A stretch of 42,992 bases of DNA from Vicugna vicugna (GCA_013265495.1 MU058669.1:310001-352992), one strand, 5' to 3'. Shown: positions 12,545 through 25,614, counted from the first letter of the stretch. Translations and numbers: made by a program. Notes: generated from the sequence alone by a model not told the origin.

Positions 12545-12910
12545 CCGTGTTTTACAGATGAGGAAACTGAGGCCCATAATGGGGAGCGATCTTCCTGGGG
12601 TCACAAACTGAGATAGTATACCCTATACAGCATGATACATTCAAATAGCAGGTACCTTCCAAGATGGGAACTGCAGGTGTGGTAAGGGAGGGGGGCAAGG
12701 GTTGAAGAGACCTTCAGATCTGGGTTCAAATCTCACCTTTGTCACTTAGCAGTGAGTCACTCTGGGAGGGTCACAGCCTCCCTAAGCCTCAGCTTGTACT
12801 TGGGTAAAATGGGGACTTAACTCTTTCCTAGTAAGGCTGTCACACTGAATAAAAGCGAGACCATCTGGGAATGCATCTGGTACAGCATCTGGCTCAGAAA
12901 TGTGAGTTTC
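12545..12910. mobile_element. Two MIR fragments in opposite orientation (~12545-12615 minus; ~12700-12910 plus)
   Basis: ttttacagatgaggaaactgaggccc; ctgggttcaaatctcacc...ctccctaagcctcagc...gtaaaatgggg. Confidence 0.75.
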
Positions 12911-14044
12911 CACCTCTCCAGGCCATAGGGTAGGTCATGCTCCAGCAAATGGTTGAAGTTCAAAATTTTGAAATTCTCCCCTCTCTATTTTCTATCAAGG
13001 ACAAGCCCTTATAATACAACATTCTCAGAAAGACTTTGTCTTATGGGCTTTGGAGCCACCAAGAAGCTAAGTGGAAGTTATAAATAGCTCCAGGCTCTGG
13101 AACAAAAGGAAGAAACTGGGTCTTAGTGGGGAGAGTGTGAAAAGCTCCTGCCCCTCCCATCCCCATCAGCCCTCCAGATGCAGATCTGGGGTCTCTCCTC
13201 ACACATCTGAAGGCAAGACTTCCCTCCACAGCTGAGGCTCTGCTGCCCAGCCCTTCTCTACCACTCTGCCCTTCTTTACCGCTCTGTGGGGGATGAGGCA
13301 GGCAGGGTTTCCCTTTAATGCAGTCTGGCTGGAATCAGAGGAGCCGGAAGATTAGTGTGACAACATGCGCCAAGGCTGACATCTTTATGAAGGTCCTTTT
13401 CCATTCAGGGGAGGCTGTGCTGAGAGCCAGCTGCGCCCACATACTCCTCCCTCCTCTCAAGAGACAGCTAAGAGAATCACAAAAGTTATTAGTATTAACT
13501 AATGCAGTACCTCCCTGCACCGCAAGGTCACAAGGTCACCACTAGTTTTGTGCCCCCTAACCTGCACTTAGAGACTTCGGATACAAGCAATATTGAAAGG
13601 ATCTTGGTTCGTGCTGTCTTTGCCTCCCACTTTGAACTCACATTTTGGAAAGCCCTTTGTACAGATCGGATCTAATTTTAAGGCAGGTGTAAAAAGAACA
13701 ACAATAAAAAATAGTTTAAAGCACACAGCAAAATCCAAGTTTCTTCACACAGCTGTCCCACGTAATGAAACTGGCCCTCCTGCAGATGTAACATGCAATG
13801 TATTCCATGTGCTGAAACTTTAAACACAAGCTGACAGCAGGAAGGAGCGACTCTAGTTAATCAATACAGTTACATAAGGTCAAATGACCGGAATTATCAG
13901 CAGGAAATAACAACCATAAGGACCACACCTCCTATCCCAATTGGATGCCAGTTGCCAGGCCAACATCATAAGGAGGAAATGGGCTTTAATATCAAGATTC
14001 TTCATGATTCATGAGGGAGGAGAAAAGAAGAAACCAAAATGTAA

Positions 14045-14335
14045 AGAAACATGTTCACGGATGTCTTTGCCTCTGTTTCCAAAATGGAAAACAACCTGTA
14101 TGCTCGTCAACAGAGAAATGGTTGAATTGATCAGATTCTGTTGTAATGTTACAGAGCTATTAGAAATATCTTGGAAACATGACCAGAGTATAAGTGAAAA
14201 AAGCTACTTGTGGAATAAAATACATGTAGTACAACCACATTTTTGTGGGGAAAAAAGCCCCCAAACCAAACACCCCAGGCCCCTTGCTATGTCTATATAT
14301 GATGCACAAGCAAAGGGAAAATCTACAGAACGCTA
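14045..14335 (+). mobile_element. L1ME-like fragment
   Basis: aaaatggaaaacaacctgtatgctcgtcaacagagaaatggttgaatt...aagtgaaaaaagc. Confidence 0.6.
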
Positions 14336-15722
14336 AGCTGCTCCCATTCGTCACCTGGGCAGACTTAGGGCTGGAGGTGGGTGGGTGGAGGGTACTACTG
14401 ATTTCATCCCCCCAAAAAGGTTGGAGGCGGCTTACAATCAGGGGGAGGTATGTTCTCTTTCATGTAACAGTGCTCCTAAACTGAGCAGCTTTGCTGGTTT
14501 TATCATGCTGCCCTTGATACCATCTTAATGAAGGGAGAGAACTGATAATTGCCTTTATCTTCCAGTCATTATCCTCTTTTCCCTAAAACCCTTTCAAGGC
14601 CAACACCACTTAAAATCAAACTCATCTCTGTAACCAAGTTTATCTAATGCAATTTATCTGCTCCTAGATAAGCACAGGTTATTACCTCCAGCAGGGTGAG
14701 TGAGAGGCAACTTGTGTAGTCTCCGGGCTGCGACCATTTATCCAGCCAACCCTGCTTCACTGTGCCTGGTCCAAGAACCTTCATGCACAAAGGCTTCGAG
14801 TTTAAGAACCTCTCCTTCCTTCCTGTGAGGAACTCTGTCTATGTGTGATGCAGCAGAAGGGGCCCAGGGCTGGGATCCAGGTTTGAGTCTTCTTTGCCTT
14901 CCAGGGGCTGTGGGAACTGGAGCAAAGAACTCGGCTTCCCTGAGGTTCCATGTGTGCTTCTAGAAAATGGAGCTGGTAATCCCCATAGATACCAACGATT
15001 TGTGGACTCGTGAAAGAGTCATGATAGTGTTTTTGTAAATGAGAAGATGATGTTGAAACATATAAAGGAAAAAAAAATATCACACGAAACCTCAAAATGG
15101 AATGATGAGTGGAGGCTGGTGGAGCGACGCCTGGCATACCTGCACTGGATAAACGGCAGGTGTAGTCACTGTTCATGGAGAACAGCATCCATTTTGAGAA
15201 GACTTAGGAAATGCACCTGTTCACAGAAATGATAAAAGAACACACACCACACAGAGCTCATGTGGATGTCGAGTGGTTTTCCCCCAGCATAAGTTGGATG
15301 GGATATATGTCTATCTGATTTTTAGTTGACAGGCAGCCATTTCTGCTTATAAGCCATTTATCTCTGTAATTTCAACCCAAAGGCTTAAACTCACTGAAAT
15401 CTGTTCTTAAAATTACAGAAAAGAGGTCAATTTGAGAAATTATATTGGCTGCCATTACATTTAAAGGCTTATGAGCACCTTTAAATCCCAATATTAGGTC
15501 TGATGGATCAATAACTGTTGTCGTGGAAGAAACACTATTGTTCAGAAAAAAGAAATTCAATTTTAGAGGCGAGCTGACTGAAGTTTCCTGAAGAAGCAGT
15601 GATGCGCCAAAGAAACCTGGACCTTTTCCTTTCCCAGCTCACAAATTGTTCAGGCTACAGTCCCTTTCCCGCCCTCCACCCCCACCCCGACCCCTGCCCA
15701 CACAGCTGCCTTGCTAACAACC

Positions 15723-15779
15723 TGCCAAACTGGAGAGTTTACATCCTTCAATGCAAAACTAGAGAGTTTACATCCTTCA
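15723..15779. repeat. Tandem duplication, 29-bp period
   Basis: tgccaaactggagagtttacatccttca (15723-15750) and tgcaaaactagagagtttacatccttca (15752-15779); 2 mismatches. Confidence 0.9.
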
Positions 15780-16254
15780 CATCCTGAGCATCTCTGGGGC
15801 GCTAATCTTACACTCGAGCACTCCATTACAAAAGTGTCAAGTGAGCTTATTCCACCACACAAATCATGATAAAAAGGGTAAAAACTGCTAATATGTACTA
15901 AATATGTCTTCCAAGCCTGTCACTGTGGTACAGAGGGTCTGACACACCTCCCAGCACTGTGAGGGGCAGGGGAGGGGCGGGCCCAGATTCCAGCCACTCA
16001 CTCCCATTGCAGGTGGCAGGAGGCGCGTGCTGCCCCATCTTGACCTGGACGTGGCACGCAAACTGTCATCCTGCACACCACACCACAGACCACAGACGAG
16101 CTTTGGTCATTTTTAGATTTACTATCTGCTATGCCTCAGGCGTTTCTTGCTATTCAAGGAAAGCGAGTTAATTAAAACCAAAATATAAAAACACAGCAAC
16201 TCAGAAAAGAACCCCATCACCATTTCCAAATTTTTGTAACACAAATGGCATCAT

Positions 16255-17160
16255 TTATTCAACTTCCAACTTGATATCGTCATTTGGATGTTTTAAGAAC
16301 ATCTTAACCTTGACTGAAATACAAGTCGCATTTTCCCCTAAGCCCACTCTTCCCAAAGTCTTTGTTTCTGCAAATGGCAGCTCCATCTCCCTAGCTGCCC
16401 TGGCCAAAAAACTTGGTGTTATCCTTGACTCGTCTTTTTCTCACATCCATACTGTCTGTAAGTAAATTCTGTTGTCTCCATCTTCAAATCATACCTAGAA
16501 TGGGGTCACTGCTACTCCCACTGTGGTCTGAGTCACTGTCACTGTATTATACCCCTAACTAGTCTCTACCCTTGGCTGCCTACAGTCTCCTCTTAACATA
16601 GCAACCAAAGAGAGCCTTTGCAAATGAAAATCAGATCATGCTGTTCTCTGCTCAAACCCTCTAAGGCTTTCCATCTTACTCACTTTGGTAAAAGCAAAAG
16701 CCCCACAGTGACCCTGACACCTCTCCAGCCTTGTTTCTCATCCCTCTCCTTCTGACTCACCAAGTACCACAGCCAAGCATGAAGGTCTAAGAGCCTTTGT
16801 ACCTGTTTCCTCTGCCTGCAGGAGTCTTTCCCTAGTTAACTGCCCTGCTAGGCCCCACACTTCTACATTTCTCTGTTCATATGTCATTTTATCAGCAAGA
16901 TCTTCCCTGACCATTGAAATAAATACATCTCCTTCCCATCACTTTCTCTACCTCTTACTCTGCTTTTCCCCCAACATCACCGGAAAATTAACATGCTCAT
17001 TTGTTTGTTTATGACCTCCCATGCCCAGTAGAATGTAAGCTCCAAGAAGAAGGAAATTCTGCCTATCTTGTTTACCGCTGTTTCCTCAGGGACTGGGCTA
17101 CACAGTAAGCATGTATGGTAGTCACGCAATAGATGTTTGCTTAACTAATGAATGAATGAC
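16255..17160 (+). mobile_element. L2 (L2a-like) 3' ~900 bp
   Basis: aaatggcagctccatc...aaaacttggtgttatccttgactc...aaatcagatcatg...agaatgtaagctccaaga...ends in aatgaatgaatga. Confidence 0.88.
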
Positions 17161-17779
17161 TTGCAAACAGTTTCAAGTGACAGGCTTGCAATCTCTTCAA
17201 GGCGGGGACTGACACTTGATCATTTTAGTATAAATGAGTAGGGGCAGGCTGCATTTTAGGTGAGCTACAGATTGGGGAATGGAATGAGAAAGGAGCCCCG
17301 AACACACACACAGTTGCCTTAGATTAAATCCCTGATTTAATTAGCTCTGGATACATCCATGAGGTGTCCATGCAGCAGGAGCCCAAGAACGCAGGCAGTG
17401 GCACTGCCAACAGCTTCCCCTGGTCCCCAGGGTCCCATGAATACACAACTGTTGATGCTGTCTGGCAGGAAAGCTCAGTTCTTTCACATTCCTAGCTCAC
17501 ACTTACATCATCATTCCAGAAGATTCCCCTGCTGTCTCTGCGAATATTTATAAACACCAGGCTTTCCTGATTCTCAAGCCTACAGCATCACCAAGGCCAT
17601 GTTATCATGGGAGGAAAGTGGTGGTCCCTGAATAGGACCTCAGCTGCTAGCTCTCCTGGGTCCAGGGAGCCATTTCCCCTCAGTGCTTTCCCTCCTCTGA
17701 CTCTCCACCCTTTATCCCGATGTTTTAGATAATGCAATGATTGCCAAATATGGTAACAAATCCATTTCCAACTGGATCC

Positions 17780-18518
17780 TATTATACCTAATAGTTTTTT
17801 GATGAGGTCTTTAGGGTTTTCTATACATAAAAATCATGTCATATGCATATAGGGACAGTTTTACTTCCTCCTTTCCATTTGGATGTTTTTCATTTCTTTT
17901 CTTGCCTAACTGCTCTGTCTAGGACTTCCAATACTACGTTGAATAAGAGTGGCGAGAGGGGGCATCCTTGTCTTGTTCCTGATTTTAGAGAGGTAGCTTT
18001 TAATTTTTCATTATTATGGTATTGTGCATTTGTCATTTATGCCTTATTATTTTGCGGTATGTCCCTTCTATACCCACTTTATTGGGTTTTTATCACAAAT
18101 AGGTCTTGGATCTTGTCAAGCGTTTTTTCTGCATCTATTGAGATGACCATATGGTTTTTATCCTTCATTTTGTTAGTGCGGCGTATCACACTGATTGATT
18201 TGTGGGTGGTGAACCGCCCCTGCATCCCTGGAGTAAATCCCATTTGATCATGGCGTACGATCCTTTTGATGTACTGTTGAATTGGCTTTACTATGTTGAG
18301 GATTTTTGCATCTATGATCATCAGAGATACTGGTCTGTAATCTTCTTTTTTTTTTCGTGTTGTCTTTTGTCTGGTTTTAGTATCAGGATGATGTTTGCCT
18401 CATAAAATGAGTGAGGAAGTGTTCAGTTCTCTATAATTCTTTGGAATAGTTTGAGAAAGGTAAGTATTAAATTTTCTTTGTGTGTTTGGTAGAATTCACC
18501 TGGGAAGTCATCTGGTCT
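17780..18518 (-). mobile_element. Relatively young L1 ORF2 internal fragment (RT region)
   Basis: ORF 18079-18321 encodes IDAKILN...[24 protein letters not shown]...[11 protein letters not shown], an L1 RT motif; frameshifted. Confidence 0.92.
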
Positions 18519-18549
18519 AACTGGACTCTTCACAACTCTGCCCAGGACA

Positions 18550-18676
18550 TATCTGTGTGACTTTGGCCATAGGTCACTTTTTACCCTTTGATGATTCTAT
18601 TTTGCTTATCTGAAAAAAAAAACTGAAAGATGATGATGATGAAATAATAGCCTGTCCAACCTGTTCATAGGTTGTA
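18550..18676 (+). mobile_element. MIR fragment
   Basis: ctgtgtgactttggccataggtcact...ttatctgaaaa...ataatagcct...cataggttgt. Confidence 0.6.
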
Positions 18677-18679
18677 ATA

Positions 18680-21600
18680 TTCTTTCCTTGTAATATCTTT
18701 GTCTGGTTTTGGTATCAATGTAATACTGGCTTCACAATGAGTTGGAAAGTACTCCATCCTCTTTAATTTTTTGGAAGAGTTGCATAAAATTTGTATTATT
18801 TCTTAATTTTTGTGTAGAATTCACTGAGGAACCTATTTGGGCCTGGAGGTTTCTTTGGGGGAAAGTTCTTAATACAATTTCAATTTCTTTACCAGATACA
18901 GGGCTATTTCAATGAATCATTTCTTCTTGAGCAAACGGTGGTAGTTTGTGTCTTTCAAGGAATTTGTCATTTCATCTATGTTGTTGAATTTATAGGCATA
19001 ATGCTGTTCAAAATATCACTTCAGTATTCTCTTAACAGTTATAGAATCTGTAGCTATGTCACCTCTCTCATTCTTGATTTTGGTAATTTGTGTCTTCTCT
19101 CTTTTTTTTCCCTTTATCAGCCTGGTTAGATGTCAATTTAATTGACCATCTCAAAGAGCTAGCTTTTTGGTCTACTGATTTTTCTTGATTGGTTTTCCAT
19201 TCTCTGTTTCATTGATCTTTGCTTTCATCTTTTAAAAAATTTCCTTTCTTCTGTTTATTTTGAGTTAACTTACTCTTCTTTTTCTAGTTTCTTAAAGTAG
19301 AAGCTGACGTCATTAATTTGAGACCATTCTTCTCCAATATAGGCATTTAATGTTAAACATTTCCCCTTATATACCGCTTTAGTGACATCCCATAAATTCT
19401 GATATATTGTTTCCATTATTTTTCAGTTCAAAATACTTTCTAATTTTCCTTTGGATTTCTTCTTTGACTCATCTGTTATTCCTAAGTGAGTTACATAGTT
19501 TCCAAACATTTGGAAATTTTAAGAGACTGTTTTGTATTCGGTTTCCAAATTTCACTAAAGTCAAAGAACATAATTTGTATCACTTGAATCTTTTTAAATT
19601 TATGGAGATTTGTTTTCTGGCCCAGAATATGGTTTATCTTGGTAAATGTTCTGTACGGACTGGAAAAGATTGTACATTCTGCTGTTATTCAGCAAACTGT
19701 TCCATAAATGTCAATTAGGTCACACTGGTTAACAATGCTGTTCAAGTCTACTATATCCTTGCTGATTTTCTGTTTACTTGTTATTATTGAGAGAGAAGTG
19801 TTCAAATTTCATAACTGTGGCTATGTCTTTTTCTCCTTGCAGTTCTATGACTCTTTGCTTCATGTATTTTGAAATGCTCTTATTAGGTGCTTAAACATTT
19901 AGGATTGCTACGTCCTCTTGATGAATGATCCCTTTATTACTATGAAATAACCTTCTTTATCCCTTGTAATAGTCCTTCCTCTGAAATTTATTTTGACTGA
20001 TATTAATATATACCCACCTCGGTTTTCTTTTGACTAGTATTAGCATAATAGATCTCTTCTATCCTTTCAATTTTAATTTATTTGTATCTTTATCTTACAG
20101 TGTTTCTGGGCAGAGGTAGTATGTAGTTGGATCTTACTTTCTTGTCTAATCTGACAGTGTGCTTTTTCACTGAAATAATTAATGCAATTATTTAATGTGA
20201 TTACTGATACTGTTAGGTTATAGTCCATTATCTTAGTACTTGCTTTCAATTTTTCCTTTCTGATCTTTGTCCTTTTTCTCGTGAATCTTTTTAAATTTAA
20301 ATTTCTCTTTTTTTCTGCCTTCTTTTGGATTAACTGGATATTTTTCATGATTTCATTTTATATCCTTTGTTGGCTTACTAACTACAACTTTCTGTTTTGT
20401 TATTTTAGGGTTTATTATATACACTTTTAAAAAGTCTACTTTTGGGGGAGGAGGGTATATAGCTCAGTGGTAGAGTGTCTGCTTAGCATGTGTTAGGTCC
20501 TGGGTTCAATCCCTAGTATCTCCATTAAAAATGAAAAAAAAAGTAAACCTAATGACCCCCCCTACAATAAAAGTGAAAAAAAAAGTCTACTTTCAAACGA
20601 TGTTACACCATCTCATAAGTAGTATGGAGAACCTTACAGTAGCATATTAGCTTCTCTCCCCTCTAACCTTTATGGTGGGATCCATTTTATTTTTTAACCT
20701 GCACTTTAAACACAATAATGTGTTATTATTTTTGGTTACACAGTCAGATATCTTTTTAAAAGATTTAAACAGTAAGAAAAAGTAGTATATATTTATCCAC
20801 ATAGGTACTATTTCCAGCAATCTTCATTCTTTGAGAATGAAGATCCCTATTTCCATCTGCTGTATCTTTTTCCTCCACTAAAGGACTTCCTTTAATGTTT
20901 CTTGTAGTACATGACTGCTGTGATGAATTCTTTCAGCTTTGTTTTGTGTGTGTCTGAAAAGTGTTTTGCCTTTATTTTTATAAGCTATTTTCATTCGGTA
21001 TAGAATTTCAGCTTGCTAGAGATTTTACTTTCAGAACTTTAAAAACGTTGCTATGCTGTGCTTTTGCTTGCGTTATTTCCAACGAAAATTCTGCCATCTT
21101 CATCTTTCGTCTTGTCTATAAGATGTTTTATTTCTATGGCTGTTTAAAGTTTTTTCTTCTTTACTGCTGGTTTTCAGTAATTTTATGACGATGTGTCTTG
21201 GTGTTGTTTCATTCATGTTTCTTGAGACTGGGTTTCACTGAGCTTCTTAGATCTGTGATTCTATAGCTGTCATTCAGTTTGGAAAACTTTTGGCTATTAC
21301 TTCCCTCCCCTCCTTCATGGACTCCAATTACATGAATATTCAACTGTTTAATGTTATTAACATTTATTAATGCTCTCATCATTTAAAAAATGCTTTTTCT
21401 CCCTTTTTTAGTCTAAGTAACTTCTTTTCTTCAGGTTCACTAACTTTTTTTTTCTGCAACACCTATTCTGCCATTGATTTCATATATGTATTTTTCATCT
21501 CAGACATTGCTGGTTTCATTTCTAGAATATGGGCCTTTTTATATCTTTCTAACTTTTTAAATGCACAGAATACAGTTACAATAACTATTTTAGTGTCCTC

Positions 21601-22425
21601 TGCTTACTCGAAAATCTGTGTCCACTTTGGGTTGGTTTTCTTTATTTTCCTCATTATGGGCCATCTTTCTGTGTTTATTTGTATGTCTGATAATCTTTGA
21701 TCAGATTTTACCTTGATTGGTGCTGAAATTTTTTTTTATAAATATTCTCGAGCTTTGTCCTGGGATGCAGTTAAGTTACTTGGAAACAGCAGATTCTTTT
21801 GGGTCATAATTTATGTTTTTTTAGACTCGTCCAGAGCACTGCTGAGCCTAGAGCTAATTAGTCCCCACTAAGGCAAAACTCTTCCAAGTGTACCACCCAA
21901 TTCTCCATGAGTTACAAATTACAAGATTCTTCCAGCCAGAGTGGTGGCAAGAGGCACAATTCTCAGCCCTGTGTGAGAGCTAGGTGCCCTTCTTGCTAAT
22001 CCTTTCAGGTGACCCCTTTCCCAGCTCTCCTCACACTCACCAGTAATATGCTCAGTATTCAAGAGGACCCTCGGTAGATCTCTGTGGCTCAATCTCTGTG
22101 CAAGTCTTTCCTCCCCAGTACCCTGCCCTCTGAACCCTAGCCTCTTCGGTCTCCCTGGACTCTCAGCTCCACCTCTTTAACTCAGGAGGTCTTCGGGGCT
22201 CTACGGGGGGGCCTCCATGCACCACAGCTTGGAAACTCTTTTGAGGAATAACCTGGGGGCACTTGTGGGGCTCACTCATTTGTCTCCTATCTCTTAGGGA
22301 TTACTGTCCTTCATTGCCAATGCCCACTGTTTTAATTTCATTTATTTTGCTTTTTGTTTTCTTTCGGTTGTTTCAGGCAGACAGGTCAATCTGGTCCTTA
22401 TCATATCTTGGCTCCTAAATGGAAT
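18680..22425 (-). mobile_element. Old L1 5' half (5' UTR, ORF1, ORF2 endonuclease region), degraded
   Basis: Antisense ORF2 phrases (ggcccagaatatggtttatcttggtaaatgttc); ORF 20073-20348 contains EN-start-like MDYNLTVSVITLN; ends near catatcttggctcctaaatggaa, resembling L1M 5' ends. Confidence 0.8.
20444..20579 (+). mobile_element. tRNA-Ala-derived SINE (camelid vic-1-like) with 14-bp TSD
   Basis: A box tagctcagtgg (20460-20470), B box ggttcaatcc (20503-20512), A-rich tail; AAAAAGTCTACTTT at 20429-20442 and 20580-20593. Confidence 0.92.
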
Positions 22426-22469
22426 TTTTTATGTCAATGTGTACATTCATATTGGGGCACTACTATTCT

Positions 22470-22502
22470 TACTACTACCACTATTACTACTACTACTACT
22501 AC
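22470..22502. repeat. Imperfect (TAC)n trinucleotide repeat
   Basis: tactactaccactattactactactactactac. Confidence 0.85.
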
Positions 22503-23664
22503 AAATGTGGTTGACTTAAACCTCCTGTGCTGGCAAGTTATCATTTTTTTCAGAGTGTATATTTAATAAATGTTTGTCAAAGGTAATAGGCTCTAACTGC
22601 CTCCCTTGCTGCCTTTGTAACCTGTTGGAGATATAAAGGCACTCAATAGAGTACTGGACAATTATAATAATTTGAGCTTACAAATTCTTTTGAGGAAATT
22701 GTGCACATTTCATAAACTAACCATGTTAATTTAACAAAAAAGGAAAAAAAGCAAAAAGGAGCATGGAACCAGGAATCTGGTGGACTTGGGCATTTTATTG
22801 CAACAGAGTCCATTCAGGTTCATTCATTACTGGAAGCTCTACTCGTGGACTGCAGGAAGCAGGTCAGGATTATGGACCACTTTCATCTCCACCATGGACA
22901 ATCTTTGCCTGGAAGAAGCTCATCACCCAACAAAGGGGTCTGGCCAGGACCCTTCTGACTAGGGCCAAGTCCAGTAGTTGGGGCTCCACTGCCATCAGCT
23001 CTGTGCCCTGGAGGGCACAAGCAGCCCAGCAAGGCCCCCCACCCCCTGCCGCCGGAGGGGCAGAGAAGAAAAGTGGGCCAGCCCACCAGCCATCCTCTGT
23101 TCCTGCTCCCTTGGCAGGAGGTGCAGAGGGCAGGCCGCTCAGAGCCAGCTGGCTGCCTCCCACACACAAGCCCGGGGAGTCGGGCAGGACCACCTAATTT
23201 CCATTCTCTGTCGCTGCACGTTCCCAGCTGCAGCTTCTGGTGGGAGCAAATGCAGCGGGCACAAACAAACAGCCCCTCAGTCCTGTTCTTGACATGCTGT
23301 TGCCAAAATTCAGTCTGAAGGAGTGTAAGGCAAACGTCAACCTCAGCTCCTGCTGGAGAAGTTGTTTAAGCTACAAGAAAGCGGAGGGAGTGAGCGGCCT
23401 GACTGCTCTAATTTCCTCACACATTTCTGCTGTCAAACTGCAGGCAAGATCTCCCTACCCCCACTTCCCCTATTAAAAAAGAAAAGCTCTTCAAGACATC
23501 TGCCACCTTATTTATGAAAAGTCAGCTCCACAACGAGATTTTTAAAAGGGGGTTGTTAGGAGTGCTGGGTTTAGCAATGTCTTTCACCATAACTTAGACA
23601 CTGGCTGGGTGGACAGGCTGGTAATAGAGGAGCCTTGGGCTCTGTTCACAGCCACCTTGAAAAG

Positions 23665-24158
23665 GGCTTCCTCCCTTTAAACCAAGACCCTGAACCTCTA
23701 TGCCAGGCTGATGAAGTCTTTGGTTACTTCTCAGAGCAATGTTTACAGTGAAGAAAAGAAAATATATGAGATTGTAAAGGAAACCAATTAGACTGAAATA
23801 CAGTCACCAAAAGGATAAAAAATGTGAAATATAGCCATTCATGTGCTTCTTTATTAACATGTTAAACGACAAGATCGAGTGGCAGTTCTAAAAACTACCT
23901 TCATCCCGAAGCAGTGATGAGTACCGGTGACATTTCAGGGTATCTGCAAAGTGATGAGAAAGTAAATGATTTCTTCTGGAGACAACATTACAGGTGCTTC
24001 GCTGCCTATCTTCATAACTGAAGGGAACACCAGATTTCTGTTAGAGGTTAATGAAAAGAGAAAATGCAATGTTCTTTTCATCCAGGTTTACAGACCCTCC
24101 TGAATTCTAGTCACAGACCTATCTGTGGGCCCTAGGACTCCTTGATTAAGAAGACCTT
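23665..24158. mobile_element. hAT-Charlie DNA transposon remnant (Charlie4-like)
   Basis: ttcataactgaagggaacaccagatttctgttagaggttaatgaaaa...catccaggtttacagaccc...gattaagaa. Confidence 0.6.
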
Positions 24159-24161
24159 TCA

Positions 24162-24275
24162 GAACGCTTGTATGCTGTTGATGGGAATGTAAATTGGTAC
24201 AGCTACTATGGAAAACAATATTGAGGATACCTTCAAAAAGTTAAAAACAGAACTACCATCCAAAAAAAAAAAAAA
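24162..24275 (+). mobile_element. Short L1 ORF2 C-terminal fragment ending in poly(A)
   Basis: ctgttgatgggaatgtaaattggtacagctactatggaaaacaata...aaaacagaactaccatcc followed by A14. Confidence 0.85.
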
Positions 24276-24559
24276 TCTTTTTCTGGGCTGTCAGGAGAGA
24301 GCACTGCAGTGGGAGACAAAGGGGCCAGTCCCCATCCTGGCTCCACTTCTAATAGCTGGGAGACTCACCCCTTAACTGGTAAGCCAAAGAAAGTGCAAAG
24401 TCTTGCCTAGTTCACCACTTGCAATGTCTTCCCATATGGGCTGGTGCAGGGTGGGGGTATCCCCTAGGGTTCCAAAGCACCCTGTGCCTGCCTAATCCTG
24501 TCACTACTTCTCACCTGTGGTGCAATGACCTGCTTCTGCCATTAGCCCCCGCATCTCAC

Positions 24560-24672
24560 CCAAGGCGGCAGTAATAGCTCATTTATCACGTGATCCTGGC
24601 GTTATGCACAGGGCTGGGCACTCAGACAATTAATACACATTTACTGAATGAACAGATGAATGAATGGATGAA
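24560..24672 (+). mobile_element. L2 3' end
   Basis: gcacagggctgggcactcag...atttactgaatgaacagatgaatgaatgg. Confidence 0.7.
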
Positions 24673-24708
24673 AACTTCTCTCATTGTAAAAATATTCCTT
24701 ATTTCAGA

Positions 24709-24880
24709 CCAGCAGTTCTCAATCCTGGTTATATGTGAGAATCGCTTTCTCAGGTTTTGGAAAATCCTGAGACCCAGGTGATACCTCCAGAGATTCAGAC
24801 CCAGAGGTCAGGGGTGGGAGCTCAGGCTTTGTATTTATTTTTAAAACCACACCAGGTACAGCCAGAGTTGAGAGCCCACA
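24709..24880. mobile_element. MER5-family hAT element
   Basis: cagcagttctcaatcctgg...cagagattcaga...ggggtgggagctcagg...agttgagagcc. Confidence 0.7.
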
Positions 24881-25614
24881 GAACCACAGCACAGCAGCTG
24901 AGTTACAGTATAATGCCCCCAGATGAACTTCTTTCCTAGACTTAGAAAGATGAAATTAGTGCAGAATTCTGAACTCTGCAGGGGCTAAACATATAAATTG
25001 AGTTTCTGACCCTCAGAGTCAGGTCACAGTTCTGAATCTGGCAACATCAGTAATATATGAACTACATTCTGAGACTTAGATGAGAAAACCTCAGGCTTGA
25101 CAGTGAAGGCTATGAAATAGATTGCAATCCCCCGCTGCCCCTCCTGGACCCCTGGCTAGCCCTGCAAGGCCCCTTGCTCCCTCCCATCACTGCAAGAAAT
25201 CCTTGTAAACAGGGCCAAGTCCTGGGCAAGCAGCACATCTTTTGGGTAGGGATTCCTAGCTGTGTGGCTTCCTCACATACAAATTGAAGAGGGTAAGTAT
25301 TGTTGCAGGAACCGAAAGATGAAAGGAGACAGAAGGCATTTTGCAAGCAGCAAACATGTTACCAAGGCTCTTTATTATTACATTCTACCAACTGAGTTCT
25401 TTGGATGAAAAGACCTTGTGACCTACAGATTCTAGGTCAGACGCCCTGCGTTCAATATTCTGGCGCCACCTTTTACCAGTTGCGTCATCTAATGCAAATT
25501 ATTTTACCTTTTTGTGCCTCAACTCCTCATCTGGAAAACGGTGATAATAAAAGGACCTACCTCATAGGGTTTTGGGAAGGTTTGGCTGAGTTAACACACG
25601 TAAAGTATCCAGAA

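Noticed and set aside
5680..18720. L1 ending near 5720 and L1 starting near 18680 break at a similar ORF2 position, suggesting one split element
   Set aside because: They are 13 kb apart with older repeats and unique DNA between them, and the first is nested in another L1 that resumes directly; likely coincidence.
17843..20348. ORFs within L1 sequence as functional proteins
   Set aside because: Frameshifted, stop-riddled L1 ORF2 remnants or their antisense frames.
22763..23476. Cluster of overlapping 60-144 aa ORFs
   Set aside because: Expected from GC-rich sequence; low-complexity Pro/Gly/Ala content; no family resemblance; exons 3 and 4 already join without it.
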